NCBI GenBank assembly: GCA_045807285.1
Contig: JBJMHR010000029.1
Span: 81,020 to 145,019, forward strand
Length of the DNA stretch: 64,000 nt
From: Actinomycetes bacterium
Lineage (GTDB): Bacteria > Actinomycetota > Actinomycetes > JAWWOW01
Reading direction: 5' to 3'
Shown: positions 28,311 through 38,020 of the stretch, one piece after another
How the letters are laid out: every line of letters starts with the position of its first letter
Numbering within the stretch: position 1 is the first letter of the stretch
The notes under the pieces: model-generated
Told to the model about the DNA's origin: nothing
The model's database searches: none
Seen by the model: the letters and a program-made list of their open reading frames with translations, nothing else
Translations under genes and position numbers: made by a program

Positions 28311-28323
28311 GGAATCGACGCTA

Positions 28324-29922
28324 TCAGGCGAGATCGACGCTGCGGCCGGAATGCGCACCGATCGCGTGCACGATCTCGTCGAGCACCGCAGGGGGAATCG
28401 CGGAGTCGACGGTCAGGGCGACAAGCGCGTCGCCGCCCTGCTCGCGCCTACCCACCTGCATGCCGGCGATGTTCACCTGCGCAGCACCGAGAATCTGTCC
28501 GATCGTGCCGACCATGCCGGGGCGATCGTCGTACCGCAAGAAAGCCATGTGGTCAGTCGGGGTGATGTCGATGTCGAACCCGTCGACCTCGGTCAGCTTC
28601 TCGACTTGCCGCACACCGGACAGCGTCCCGGACACCGACACCTGCTCGCCGGAGGCGAGTGTGCCGCGCAACGACAGCAGGTTGCGGTAGTCGGGGCTGT
28701 CCTCGCTCGTCGTCAGACGCACCTCGAGCCCGCGCTCCTCTGCGAACAACGGCGCGTTGACGTAGGAGACCTGCTCCTCGACGACGTCAGCGAACACACC
28801 TTTGAGCGCGGCTAGTTTCACGACGCCTACGTCGTAGGCCGCAATCTCACCCGTCACCTCAACATCGAGACGTGACGCCAGCCGACCGGCAAGTGCCGTA
28901 AAGATGCGGCCGAGCTTCTCGGCCAGCGGCAACGCAGGACGCAGCTCTTCGGCAACGTGCCCGCCTTGGACGTTGACCGCGTCCGGGACGAGCTCGCCGG
29001 CAAGAGCGAGCCGCACCGAACGCGCGACCGCCGTACCGGCCTTCTCCTGCGCCTCGTGCGTCGATGCGCCCAGGTGCGGCGTCACCACGACGTTCTCGAA
29101 TGCGAACAGCGGGCTGTCCGTGCACGGCTCGGCGGCGAACACGTCGAGCCCTGCACCGCCGACCCGGCCCTCCTTGAGGGCAACGGCAAGCGCGTCCTCG
29201 TCGACGAGGCCGCCCCGCGCAGCGTTGACGATGATGACGCCTGGCTTCACGGTCGCCAGCTGTTCGTGCCCGACCAGGCCTAGCGTCTCCGGCGTCTTGG
29301 GGAGATGGATCGTGATGAAGTCGCTCTCGCGGAGCAGCTCGTCGAGCGGCACGAGCCGTACGCCGATCTGCGCAGCGCGCGCGGGCTGAACGTACGGGTC
29401 GAATGCAATGAGCCGTACGCCGAAGGCGGACAACCGCTGCGCGACCAAGACGCCGATCCGGCCCAGGCCCACGACGCCGACCACCTTGTCGGTGAGCTCG
29501 ACACCGGTGTACTTCGACCGCTTCCACTCCCCCGCCTTGAGCGCGGCGTTGGCGGGCGCGATGTTGCGCGCACATGCGAGCAACAAGCCAACCGCGTGCT
29601 CGGCAGCGCTCACAATGTTGGACTGCGGTGCGTTGACGACAAGGACGCCCGCTTTGGTGGCTGCCGCTACGTCGACGTTGTCGAGACCGATGCCAGCACG
29701 TGCGACGACGCGAAGCTTGGATGCGGCTGACAACGCCTCGGTGTCGATCTTCGTCGCGCTGCGCACGATCACCGCATCAACCTCGGCGAGCGCCGGCAGC
29801 AACGCAGCGCGGTCGGCGCCGTCGACGTGACGAATCTCGACCTCGTCGCCCAGCGCGGAGATGCCGGCCGGCGAAAGCTCTTCAGCGACAAGCACAACGG
29901 GGCGAGGCGCGGTTGAGGTCAC
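28324..29922 (-). CDS. serA: D-3-phosphoglycerate dehydrogenase (long form with ASB and ACT domains)
   Basis: 532 aa. 2-hydroxyacid dehydrogenase NAD motif VGVVGLGRIG, catalytic-block context, and a C-terminal ACT-like region. Same position as Rv2996c. Confidence 0.95.
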   Translation of the reverse strand: MTSTAPRPVVLVAEELSPAGISALGDEVEIRHVDGADRAALLPALAEVDAVIVRSATKIDTEALSAASKLRVVARAGIGLDNVDVAAATKAGVLVVNAPQSNIVSAAEHAVGLLLACARNIAPANAALKAGEWKRSKYTGVELTDKVVGVVGLGRIGVLVAQRLSAFGVRLIAFDPYVQPARAAQIGVRLVPLDELLRESDFITIHLPKTPETLGLVGHEQLATVKPGVIIVNAARGGLVDEDALAVALKEGRVGGAGLDVFAAEPCTDSPLFAFENVVVTPHLGASTHEAQEKAGTAVARSVRLALAGELVPDAVNVQGGHVAEELRPALPLAEKLGRIFTALAGRLASRLDVEVTGEIAAYDVGVVKLAALKGVFADVVEEQVSYVNAPLFAEERGLEVRLTTSEDSPDYRNLLSLRGTLASGEQVSVSGTLSGVRQVEKLTEVDGFDIDITPTDHMAFLRYDDRPGMVGTIGQILGAAQVNIAGMQVGRREQGGDALVALTVDSAIPPAVLDEIVHAIGAHSGRSVDLA

Positions 29923-30024
29923 GACGCACGAGTCTAACGGCGGACGGCGGGCCGTCCTTATGACGTGAGGCCGACCCGCCGTCGTACGCCGTCGTCAGAT
30001 GCGCGTCAGGTCAGGTGTCTGCGA

Positions 30025-31224
30025 TCAGCCCGTCGGTGTCACACGAACGAGCTGACCAGCACCTGGGAACAGCGAGTATGTCGTCACGTAGATCGCACCG
30101 TCCGGTCCGATGCCGAGGCCGCCGGGAAGCGCCAACTGTCCCTTTGCCAACTCGACCCGGTTCCCGTTGGGCCGGATCCGGATGAGCGCGCCCGCGAAGT
30201 CGCCCTGGCCCGCTTGGCCGAAGCCGTGCTTGACGAGCTCGGTGACGTAGAGATTGCCCTGCGGATCGAAGGCGATCCCGTCGATCGCGGTGAACCCGGT
30301 GTAGAGCTGCGTCGCTGACCCACCAGGAGTCACGCGCCAGATGCTCGCCTTGCGCACCTTGCCGTTGCCGCCGAGCTCACCGACGTAGAAGTTGCCGTCC
30401 GGACCCTGGGTGACGCATGTCGGTACCGGATCCAAGCTCTGCGTCCGCCCATGGTTGTCGGTGTAGGTGATCTGCGGGAGCACCGCAAGCAGCGAGACGT
30501 CGCCGCCCTGCACCTTGAGCAGGTCGTTACCCGCTGCATCCGCGACGACCTGGTAGGCACCGGCGTCGGCCACGCCGTAAGGATCGGAGTCGGGACCCTG
30601 TCCGTCGGGGTCGTGGTCGAACTCGAACTGCTGGATGTTGCCGAGCTCCGTGTAATGGTGGTGGCGCGGCCGGTACCAGAGCCGGCCGAACTGCGCGTCG
30701 GCCTTCGCTATTCCGGTCGGCATGTTGGCGGATGTCTCGACGAAGTCCGCGCCGCCGTGGGGGTTGGCAGCAACACCGTCGATGCCCGTCGCGAACGAGC
30801 CGTCCGGGCCGGCAATGGAGACGAAGTTGCGGACGAACGGCCGCAACGTGCTCTCACCCGGCAGCAGTCGCTCGACCATGGACGTGTAACCGCCGCACTC
30901 CTTCTGCCCAGGGCTGCCGAAGCAGGCCTGACGGCCGCCCCGCCCCGCGATGGCCACGTATACGGTGCCGTCCTGCGCCACCGCGACGCCCCGCGGGTTG
31001 TTCAGACCGGACGCAAGCACCGTGACGTCGGCCGGACGTTGTGGCATGTCCGGCGTGACCGAACCGTGGAAATGGCTGATGGCTGCGCGCATCTCGGCGA
31101 CCGCCTGCGACCACCCGGCAGATGTGCCGGCGGTCGCCGCGTTCGCACCGGTCGTACCGACGAGGGCGAAACCGGCGGCCGCGGCGACAGTCGTGGCGAC
31201 GATCAAGCGCATCTGGACTCTCAT
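30025..31224 (-). CDS. Secreted beta-propeller protein (ScyD/ScyE-like, NHL-type repeats)
   Basis: 399 aa with a signal peptide (MRLIVATTVAAAAGFALVGTTGANA). Recurrent blocks LNNPRGVAV..DGTVYVA, GNFYVGELGG and GNLYVTE are typical of this family (recalled). Confidence 0.6.
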   Translation of the reverse strand: MRVQMRLIVATTVAAAAGFALVGTTGANAATAGTSAGWSQAVAEMRAAISHFHGSVTPDMPQRPADVTVLASGLNNPRGVAVAQDGTVYVAIAGRGGRQACFGSPGQKECGGYTSMVERLLPGESTLRPFVRNFVSIAGPDGSFATGIDGVAANPHGGADFVETSANMPTGIAKADAQFGRLWYRPRHHHYTELGNIQQFEFDHDPDGQGPDSDPYGVADAGAYQVVADAAGNDLLKVQGGDVSLLAVLPQITYTDNHGRTQSLDPVPTCVTQGPDGNFYVGELGGNGKVRKASIWRVTPGGSATQLYTGFTAIDGIAFDPQGNLYVTELVKHGFGQAGQGDFAGALIRIRPNGNRVELAKGQLALPGGLGIGPDGAIYVTTYSLFPGAGQLVRVTPTG

Positions 31225-31320
31225 GGCTCTCCCGCGAAAGGCGAGGGGCCCCCCTATGGACCCGTATGCCCGGAGTCTTGCAGATTCAGCTCATGTCGAC
31301 ACGTCTCGTGCTGCATGGGA

Positions 31321-32343
31321 CTATTCGTCGTCGATCCAGGCCATCAACGGGCGGAGCCGCGCCCCGACCTTCTCGATCGGATGTTCCTTGCCCTCTTCGG
31401 CGTACTTCGTGAACTGCGGCCGGCCGGCGTCATCCTCTGCGACCCACTCGCGCGCGAACGAGCCGTCGCGGATCTCGCCCAAGATGCGCTTCATCTCTGC
31501 CTTCGTCGCGTCAGTGACGATGCGCGGACCACGCGAGTAGTCGCCGTATTCCGCGGTGTCGGAGATCGACCAGCGCATCTTCGACAGTCCGCCTTCATAC
31601 ATCAGGTCGACGATCAGTTTCAGCTCGTGCAAGCACTCGAAATACGCGACCTCTGGTTGGTAGCCCGCCTCGACCAGCGTCTCGAAGCCAGCTTGCACGA
31701 GAGCGGACGCGCCGCCGCACAACACGGCCTGCTCACCGAACAGGTCGGTCTCGGTCTCCTCGGCGAATGTCGTCCGCAACGCGCCGGCTTTCGTGCCGCC
31801 GATGCCCTTGGCGTAGGACAGCGCGAGCGGTAGCGCCTGCCCGCTCGCGTCCTGCTCGATCGCTACGAGGACGGGTACGCCGCGCCCGTCGACGAACTGC
31901 CGGCGTACGAGATGACCCGGACCCTTCGGAGCGACCATCGCGACATCAACCGACGGCGGCGGCGAAATCAGGCCGAAGCGGATGTTGAACCCGTGTCCGA
32001 AGAACAGCGCGTCACCTTCGCCCAGGTTCGGCGCGATGTCGCTCGCATAGATGTGACGCTGTGCAGTGTCCGGCGCGAGGACCATCACGAGGTCGGCCTC
32101 GGCGGCTGCCACATCAGGTGTGACTACGCGCAGGCCCTCTTCCTCCGCCTTTGCCCGGCTCTTCGACGCTGCCGGCAGCCCGACGCGCACGTCGACACCG
32201 GAGTCGCGCAGGGAGAGTGCGTGCGCGTGTCCCTGGCTGCCGTAGCCGATGACCGCGACCTTGCGGCCCTGCACGATGCCGAGGTCGGCGTCGTCGTCGT
32301 AGTAGATCTCGGGGCCGGTCCCGGCATGGGTCGTCGTCATCAT
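31321..32343 (-). CDS. ilvC: Ketol-acid reductoisomerase
   Basis: 340 aa with [21 protein letters not shown] and other IlvC blocks. The start overlaps the ilvN stop by 4 nt. Confidence 0.95.
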   Translation of the reverse strand: MMTTTHAGTGPEIYYDDDADLGIVQGRKVAVIGYGSQGHAHALSLRDSGVDVRVGLPAASKSRAKAEEEGLRVVTPDVAAAEADLVMVLAPDTAQRHIYASDIAPNLGEGDALFFGHGFNIRFGLISPPPSVDVAMVAPKGPGHLVRRQFVDGRGVPVLVAIEQDASGQALPLALSYAKGIGGTKAGALRTTFAEETETDLFGEQAVLCGGASALVQAGFETLVEAGYQPEVAYFECLHELKLIVDLMYEGGLSKMRWSISDTAEYGDYSRGPRIVTDATKAEMKRILGEIRDGSFAREWVAEDDAGRPQFTKYAEEGKEHPIEKVGARLRPLMAWIDDE

Positions 32344-32864
32344 GCGGTCCTTTCGACGGTACGTAGTGATCGGTCGGTTATCGAACGGGTGCCGCGGGCG
32401 ACCGCGACCATGCCGGACTGGACGAGCTCCTTGATGCCGAACGGCTCGAGCACGCGGATGAGTGCTTCGAGCTTGTCCGCCGTGCCGGTGGCCTCCACCG
32501 TCACCGCGTCGGTTGCGACGTCGACGACCTTCGCGCGGAACAGCTGAACGGTCTCGAGCACCTGGGACCGCGACGTCAGGTCGGCCTTGACCTTGATGAG
32601 GACGAGCTCACGCTGCACGGACGCGCTCGGATCGAGCTCGACGATCTTGATGACGTTGATGAGCTTGTTGAGCTGCTTCGTCACCTGTTCGAGCGGGAGG
32701 TCCTCGACGTTCACGACGATCGTCATCCGCGACACGTCGTCGTGCTCCGTCGGACCGACGGCCAGCGAGTCGATGTTGAACCCACGCCGGGAAAACAGGC
32801 TCGCAACTCGCGCGAGCACACCGGGCTTGTTCTCGACCAGGACCGACAAGGTGTGTCTAGACAT
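32340..32864 (-). CDS. ilvN: Acetolactate synthase small (regulatory) subunit
   Basis: Start set at ATG 32862-32864 ([20 protein letters not shown]), 6 nt after GGGAGG. ACT domain. The track's GTG at 32870 is a less likely start. Confidence 0.95.
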   Translation of the reverse strand: MSRHTLSVLVENKPGVLARVASLFSRRGFNIDSLAVGPTEHDDVSRMTIVVNVEDLPLEQVTKQLNKLINVIKIVELDPSASVQRELVLIKVKADLTSRSQVLETVQLFRAKVVDVATDAVTVEATGTADKLEALIRVLEPFGIKELVQSGMVAVARGTRSITDRSLRTVERTA

Positions 32865-32886
32865 CGGCACCCTCCCCCCATTCGTC

Positions 32887-32975
32887 GTGATCTAGGGATT
32901 GCGGCCCTCCAGAGGCGCTTTCCAGGGCCACAATCCCTAGATCACCGCGAAAGGGCCCTGGATCACCGCGAAAGG
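32887..32975. repeat. Structured repeat element in the ilvB-ilvN spacer: 22-bp inverted repeat plus 15-nt tandem direct repeat
   Basis: Arm GTGATCTAGGGATTGCGGCCCT (32887-32908) pairs with arm AGGGCCACAATCCCTAGATCAC (32924-32945). 21 of 22 positions are complementary, and the single mismatch is a G-U pair on the transcribed (minus) strand. The loop is 15 nt. GATCACCGCGAAAGG occurs at 32940-32954 and again at 32961-32975. Confidence 0.8.
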
Positions 32976-32992
32976 CACGGCGCGTGGTGGGC

Positions 32993-34756
32993 CTAGACAT
33001 CGTCGTGGTCCCAGGTCGGGGCGACGTCGCGCGCGACCTTGATGTCGTCGTTGCTCGCGCCCGCGGCGACCATCGGCCAGACCATGGCGTCGTTGTGTAC
33101 GACGAAGTCGACCACGACAGGTGTGTCGTCGATTGCCATCGCACGCTCGATCGTCGAGTCGACGTCCTCGGCCTTCTCGCAGCGGAGTCCGACGCAACCC
33201 ATTGCGTCCGCGAGCTTCACGAAATCGGGCAACGGCCGGCCCCGCTTGAGGTCGGTGTTCGAGTAACGCTCGTTGTAGAACAGCGTCTGCCACTGGCGGA
33301 CCATGCCGAGGGCGCCGTTGTTGATGACGGCCACCTTGATCGGGATGCCTTCCATCGCGCAGGTGACCAGTTCCTGGTTGGTCATCTGGAAGCAGCCGTC
33401 ACCGTCGATCGCCCACACCGTCGACCCGGGCTTGCCGACCTTCGCCCCCATCGCCGCGGGCACGGCGTACCCCATCGTGCCGAGGCCGCCCGAGTTGAGC
33501 CAGGTGTACGGGTTCTCGTAACGGATGAACTGGCTGGCCCACATCTGGTGCTGCCCGACACCGGCAACGTAGATACCGTGCGGGCCGACGATCTCACCGA
33601 GCCGCTGGATCGCGTACTGCGGCGAGAGCGACCCATCAGCCGGCTCGTCGTACCCGAGCGGGTAGACCTGTCGCCAGCCGTCCAGCTGACGCCACCATGC
33701 GGTGAGGTCAGCACGGTTGCCCGCGTCGTACTCACTCTTGATGGCGACGACGAGGTCGGCGATCGTTTCGCGGCAGTCGCCGACGATCGGCACGTCGGCG
33801 GCGCGGTTCTTGCCGATCTCAGCCGGGTCGATGTCGGCGTGCACGATCGCGGCGCCCGGTGCGAACGTCGACAGCTTGCCGGTAACCCGGTCATCGAAGC
33901 GTGCGCCGAGCGCGATGATCAGGTCGGCTTTCTGCAACGCCGTGACGGCGGCGACCGAGCCGTGCATACCTGGCATGCCGAGGTGCTGCTGATGGCTGTC
34001 CGGGAAGGCGCCCCGTGCCATCAGCGTCGTCAGCACCGGGATGCCGGTCAGCTCCGCCAGGACGCGTAGCTCGGCAACGGCGCGCGCCTTGAGGACGCCG
34101 CCGCCGACGTACAGCACAGGCCGTGACGCCGAGGCGATGAGTCGCGCTGCCTCGCGCACCTGGCCGGCGTGCGGCTTGCCCGGCGGGCGGTAACCGGGCA
34201 GGTCCAGCTGCGGCGGCCAGTGAAAACTCGTCTCGGCCTGGAGCACATCCTTCGGTACGTCGACCAGGACCGGCCCCGGCCGACCAGTGGCCGCGAGATG
34301 GAACGCCTCAGCGATGGTCTGCGCGATCTCGGCCGCGTCATTGACGAGGAAGTTGTGCTTGGTCACCGGCATCGTGATCCCGCGGATGTCGGCTTCTTGG
34401 AACGCATCGGTGCCGATCGCACCGCTCGGTACCTGACCGGTCACGGCGACGATCGGAACGGAGTCCATGTACGCGTCCGCGATCGGCGTGACGAGGTTGG
34501 TGGCGCCGGGGCCGGACGTCGCCATGCAGACGCCGACTTCTCCCGTCGCCTGCGCGTAACCCTCCGCGGCATGGCCGGCGCCCTGCTCGTGCCGGACGAG
34601 GATGTGCCTCAGCCGCGTCGAGTCGAACAGCGGGTCGTACGCCGGAAGGATCGCTCCGCCGGGTATACCGAACACGACCCGCGCGCCGACCTCTTCGAGC
34701 GCCCGCACGAGAGCTTGCGCTCCCGTGAGCCGTTCCGCTTCGGTCATGTGCTGCAT
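32993..34756 (-). CDS. ilvB: Acetolactate synthase large (catalytic) subunit
   Basis: Start set at ATG 34754-34756 ([17 protein letters not shown]), preceded by GAAAGG. ThDP motif IDGDGCFQM...[14 protein letters not shown]. Confidence 0.95.
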   Translation of the reverse strand: MQHMTEAERLTGAQALVRALEEVGARVVFGIPGGAILPAYDPLFDSTRLRHILVRHEQGAGHAAEGYAQATGEVGVCMATSGPGATNLVTPIADAYMDSVPIVAVTGQVPSGAIGTDAFQEADIRGITMPVTKHNFLVNDAAEIAQTIAEAFHLAATGRPGPVLVDVPKDVLQAETSFHWPPQLDLPGYRPPGKPHAGQVREAARLIASASRPVLYVGGGVLKARAVAELRVLAELTGIPVLTTLMARGAFPDSHQQHLGMPGMHGSVAAVTALQKADLIIALGARFDDRVTGKLSTFAPGAAIVHADIDPAEIGKNRAADVPIVGDCRETIADLVVAIKSEYDAGNRADLTAWWRQLDGWRQVYPLGYDEPADGSLSPQYAIQRLGEIVGPHGIYVAGVGQHQMWASQFIRYENPYTWLNSGGLGTMGYAVPAAMGAKVGKPGSTVWAIDGDGCFQMTNQELVTCAMEGIPIKVAVINNGALGMVRQWQTLFYNERYSNTDLKRGRPLPDFVKLADAMGCVGLRCEKAEDVDSTIERAMAIDDTPVVVDFVVHNDAMVWPMVAAGASNDDIKVARDVAPTWDHDDV

Positions 34757-34792
34757 CCTTTCGGTTGACCGGTCCGATCTCGTCGCACGCAC

Positions 34793-34825
34793 GAAAAAAC
34801 CCCCCGTGCCGAGGCACCGAGGGGT
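34793..34825 (-). terminator. Intrinsic terminator/attenuator hairpin in the ilvB 5' leader
   Basis: RNA strand: CCCCUCGGUGCCUCGGCACGGGGGG followed by UUUUUU. Located about 37 nt upstream of the ilvB start codon. Confidence 0.7.
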
Positions 34826-34844
34826 CGCGCGCGGGCTGATGCGG

Positions 34845-34886
34845 CTAGCCGGCGCGCGTTCTGATTACTACGAGAGTCTTCGGCAC
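34845..34886 (-). promoter_or_regulatory. Leu/Val/Ile-codon leader peptide ORF of the ilvBNC attenuator
   Basis: GUG CCG AAG ACU CUC GUA GUA AUC AGA ACG CGC GCC GGC UAG encodes (M)[12 protein letters not shown], 13 aa. GGGGA lies 10 nt upstream of the GTG. The stop is about 20 nt upstream of the terminator stem. Confidence 0.65.
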
Positions 34887-34929
34887 GGAAGAACAGTCCC
34901 CGATCGGCAGAGCGAAGTCAAGTTGCCGA

Positions 34930-36918
34930 TCATGCACGCATTCGCAGGATCTGCGCGGATGGGCCCATTTGTGGCACCGGCAACGTGAGGCCTTGCGTGT
35001 TCAGCAGCCGCACCATCTCGTCCGCGGGCAACGGCTCGGCGAAGAGGAAGCCCTGCCCGTACTCACACCCCATCGCCACGAGCTCGTGGGCCTGGGCGGG
35101 GTCTTCGATGCCCTCGGCAACGACCATCAGTCCGAGGTCGCGGCCAAGACGCACGATCGAGCTGGTAAGCGACGTGGACTGGGTCCGCGCTCCGACCCCG
35201 GACACATAAGAACGGTCGATCTTCAGTGTGTCCACCGGCAACCGTTGCAGATACGACAACGACGAGTACCCGGTACCGAAATCGTCGATCGCCAGCCGTA
35301 CGCCAAGCTCACGCAACAGGACGAGTTTGGCGAGTGTGCGGTCCTCCGTGTCGACGATGACGTTCTCGGTGATCTCGAGCGTCAAGGCGGGAGCCGGTAT
35401 GCCGGTGCTGCGCAGCACCGCCGCAACCGAGTCGACGAAGCCAGGCGTTGTGAGTTGGCACGCCGACACGTTGACAGCGAGCTCGATCTCGTAGCCCGCA
35501 CTACGCCATCGGGCGACCTGCCGACACGCCTCTTCGAGAATCCATCGGCCCAACGGAACGATCAGGCCCGACTCCTCGGCGACGGGGATGACCTCGTTCG
35601 GCGACACCCATCCACGACGTGGGTGGTGCCAACGCAACAACGCCTCGACCCCGACGACCTCGCCGGTCGCAAGGCGTAGGACTGGCTGGTAGTCGAGGCT
35701 GAACTCACCCGCCGTCAGTGCCTGCCGGATCTCAGCCTCGAGCTCCACCCGGCGTATCGCTTCGACGTGCATCTCAGGCGAGAACAAGGCCATGCGGCCC
35801 CGACCGGAGCGCTTCGCAGCGCGCAAGGCGAGCTCCGCGTCTACGAGCAGTTCGTCAGCTGCGGCGCCGGGATGTGCGAGGGCACCGCCGATGCTCGCGC
35901 CGACAACGTGCTCACGTCCGTCGACGACGTACGGCGCGGAAAGTACGTCGAGCAGGCGCCGAGAGATTTCCTGTACGCCGGTCGCGTCGTGGCCGTCTTC
36001 GAGCAGGATCGCAAACGAGTCGCCGTCCAGCCGCGCAACGGTGTCGCCGCCGCGGACGAATGTGCGCAGCCGACGCCCACACTGCACGAGTAGTGCGTCG
36101 CCGGCGGCGTGACCGGCGGCCTCGTTGACGAGCTTGAAGCCGTCGAGATCGAACACCAGCACCGTCGCAGGGCGCTCACGGCTGCGACGTGCCTCGAGCA
36201 AGTGCTGGAGGCGGTCGCGGAACAGCAGTCGGTTCGGTAGGTCGGTCAGCGGGTCGTGGTGCACGAGATGACTGAGCCGTCCTTCGAGCTCGGCCCGGTC
36301 ACTGACGTCTCGCGTGTTGAAGACAAGCCCGCGAATGGTGGGATGGTCGCGGTGGTCGGTGACCATCGACTCGGTCTTGAGCCACGTTCCACGGCCGTCC
36401 CGCACCCGGCACTTGAGACGCACCGGCCCGTCGTTGTCGCCTGACAAGAGCGCACGAATGCGGCGGTGAACGTCGCGGACGTCGTCGGGATGTACCACGT
36501 CGGTGAGCCGTCTGCCCAACAGCTCGTCCGGGTCGTAGGCGAAGACACCCTGCACCGCAGAACTGCAGTAGGTGATGACGTCCTCGTCGTTGCAGACGGT
36601 GATGGCGTCACTCGATGCCTGGACGAGGGAGCGAAAGCGTTCTTCTCGCTCGGCGACCGCTTCACTGAGCCGGATGCGATCCCGCATCAGCCGCGCGTGG
36701 TGCGCGAACAGTGCGACCGCCGTACCAACGGCGACGGCGAGGCCGACTCCGCCGGGGCGGTAGACCTGCGAGACGCACAGGCCGTAGGTCAGGGCGGCGA
36801 AGATCGCGCCGAGTGTCGTTGGCCAGCCGAAGGAGGACATCGCGCCTACGAGCGCGCGCCGATGTGGGAAGCGCCCAGGCCTCGTGAGCCGGGGTGCCCC
36901 CGCCTCCTGGTGGGCCAC
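34930..36918 (-). CDS. Membrane-anchored PAS / degenerate GGDEF / EAL protein (likely c-di-GMP phosphodiesterase)
   Basis: 662 aa with N-terminal hydrophobic segments and a PAS region. The GGDEF site reads RLDGDSF (degenerate) with an RGGD I-site five residues upstream. EAL motifs are intact (VEALLRW, EITEN, DDFGTGYSS, KIDRSY, EGIE, GQGF). Confidence 0.85.
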   Translation of the reverse strand: MAHQEAGAPRLTRPGRFPHRRALVGAMSSFGWPTTLGAIFAALTYGLCVSQVYRPGGVGLAVAVGTAVALFAHHARLMRDRIRLSEAVAEREERFRSLVQASSDAITVCNDEDVITYCSSAVQGVFAYDPDELLGRRLTDVVHPDDVRDVHRRIRALLSGDNDGPVRLKCRVRDGRGTWLKTESMVTDHRDHPTIRGLVFNTRDVSDRAELEGRLSHLVHHDPLTDLPNRLLFRDRLQHLLEARRSRERPATVLVFDLDGFKLVNEAAGHAAGDALLVQCGRRLRTFVRGGDTVARLDGDSFAILLEDGHDATGVQEISRRLLDVLSAPYVVDGREHVVGASIGGALAHPGAAADELLVDAELALRAAKRSGRGRMALFSPEMHVEAIRRVELEAEIRQALTAGEFSLDYQPVLRLATGEVVGVEALLRWHHPRRGWVSPNEVIPVAEESGLIVPLGRWILEEACRQVARWRSAGYEIELAVNVSACQLTTPGFVDSVAAVLRSTGIPAPALTLEITENVIVDTEDRTLAKLVLLRELGVRLAIDDFGTGYSSLSYLQRLPVDTLKIDRSYVSGVGARTQSTSLTSSIVRLGRDLGLMVVAEGIEDPAQAHELVAMGCEYGQGFLFAEPLPADEMVRLLNTQGLTLPVPQMGPSAQILRMRA

Positions 36919-37071
36919 GTCCCGTTTATCGGGCCGAACTAGTCCTTCGGAGTTCGCCCATTCGGCTCAAAGGCCGGGCTATCAGTGGTGGGCTGGGCGG
37001 GATGGATCTTCCGCAAGGTCGTTTTGCGGCGGTTTCTGTCCGTGGGCTGGGACCCGGGTGTGCCCAAGTCC

Positions 37072-37989
37072 TCACCGGCGAAAGCGGATGACCGTCTTTC
37101 CCTTGCGTCGCTCGGTCGGGTGTAGTGCGGCGATGGCGTGGTCGACGGTCTCGACGTCGCCGATGTTCGTGCGCAGCCGTCCGTCCCGCACACGCTGGAC
37201 GATCTCGCTCAGTTGGCCGCGATCGGACTCGACAACGAAGTCGATCGCCACACCGTCAACGGGCCGCGCTTGGGGCGGCCCGACGACGGTCACCAATGTT
37301 CCGCCGGCTCGAATCAGGGCTGCGGACCGCTTCTGGATATCGCCGCCGATGACGTCGAGAACTAGATCGACTTCGCCGACGTCTTCCAGGGCGTCGTTCT
37401 CAAGGTCGATGAAATCGGCCGCGCCGAAGTCCAGCGCCGTCTGGCGGTCGGCAGCGCGGCCGGTACCGATGACGTACGCACCAGCCGCACGCGCGAGTTG
37501 GGTCACCATCGCGCCGACAGCGCCGGCTGCGCCGTGCGCGAGGACGCTTTGTCCCACCTGAAGGCGGCCGTGATCGAACAGTCCCTGCCACGCGGTCAGG
37601 CCCGAGATCGGCAGGCTCGCGCCCACCGTGAAGTCGACGTCGCCCGGAAGTGGGGCGAGGTTGCGCGCCTCCACGGCCGCGTACTCCGCGAGGGTGCCGT
37701 CGCGATACCAATCGGTGAGGCCGACGACCCGCTGTCCCACCGACAGCCCCGTCGTGCCGTAGCCGAGGGCGCTGACCACACCGGCCAGCTCGTGCCCGGG
37801 GATCGACGGCGTCCGGTCACGGCCGACGCGATCGGTCCAGGTCGAGGGCCACTCCAGCTCAGTCGGGACGAATCCCGAGGCATGAACCTCAACGATGACG
37901 TCGTTGATCGCCGCCGGCGGCTCGGGCCGCTCCACCAACGTCAGTCCGGCCGCTCCCGCGGCCTGATCCGTCACCACAACCGCCTTCAT
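37072..37989 (-). CDS. Medium-chain dehydrogenase/reductase, NADPH:quinone oxidoreductase-like
   Basis: 305 aa. MKAVVV...VEVHASG has GroES-like N-terminal features. Rossmann motif AHGAAGAVGAMVTQLA. Confidence 0.8.
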   Translation of the reverse strand: MKAVVVTDQAAGAAGLTLVERPEPPAAINDVIVEVHASGFVPTELEWPSTWTDRVGRDRTPSIPGHELAGVVSALGYGTTGLSVGQRVVGLTDWYRDGTLAEYAAVEARNLAPLPGDVDFTVGASLPISGLTAWQGLFDHGRLQVGQSVLAHGAAGAVGAMVTQLARAAGAYVIGTGRAADRQTALDFGAADFIDLENDALEDVGEVDLVLDVIGGDIQKRSAALIRAGGTLVTVVGPPQARPVDGVAIDFVVESDRGQLSEIVQRVRDGRLRTNIGDVETVDHAIAALHPTERRKGKTVIRFRR

Positions 37990-38020
37990 CCGGCACCTCC
38001 CCAGATCCCTGCACCAGTGT

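Noticed and set aside
29935-29960. Short GC hairpin (GGACGGCGGGCCGTCC) between the ScyD-like gene and serA, considered as a terminator
   Set aside because: The stem is only about 5 bp with no U-run on the transcribed strand. It is not distinguishable from chance in 70% GC DNA.
32857-33144. 95-aa minus-strand ORF crossing the ilvB-ilvN spacer (contains FRGD...FRGD)
   Set aside because: It is in an alternate frame of the ilvB 3' end. The repeated peptide simply reflects the 15-nt DNA direct repeat. The region is treated as a nucleic-acid-level element instead.
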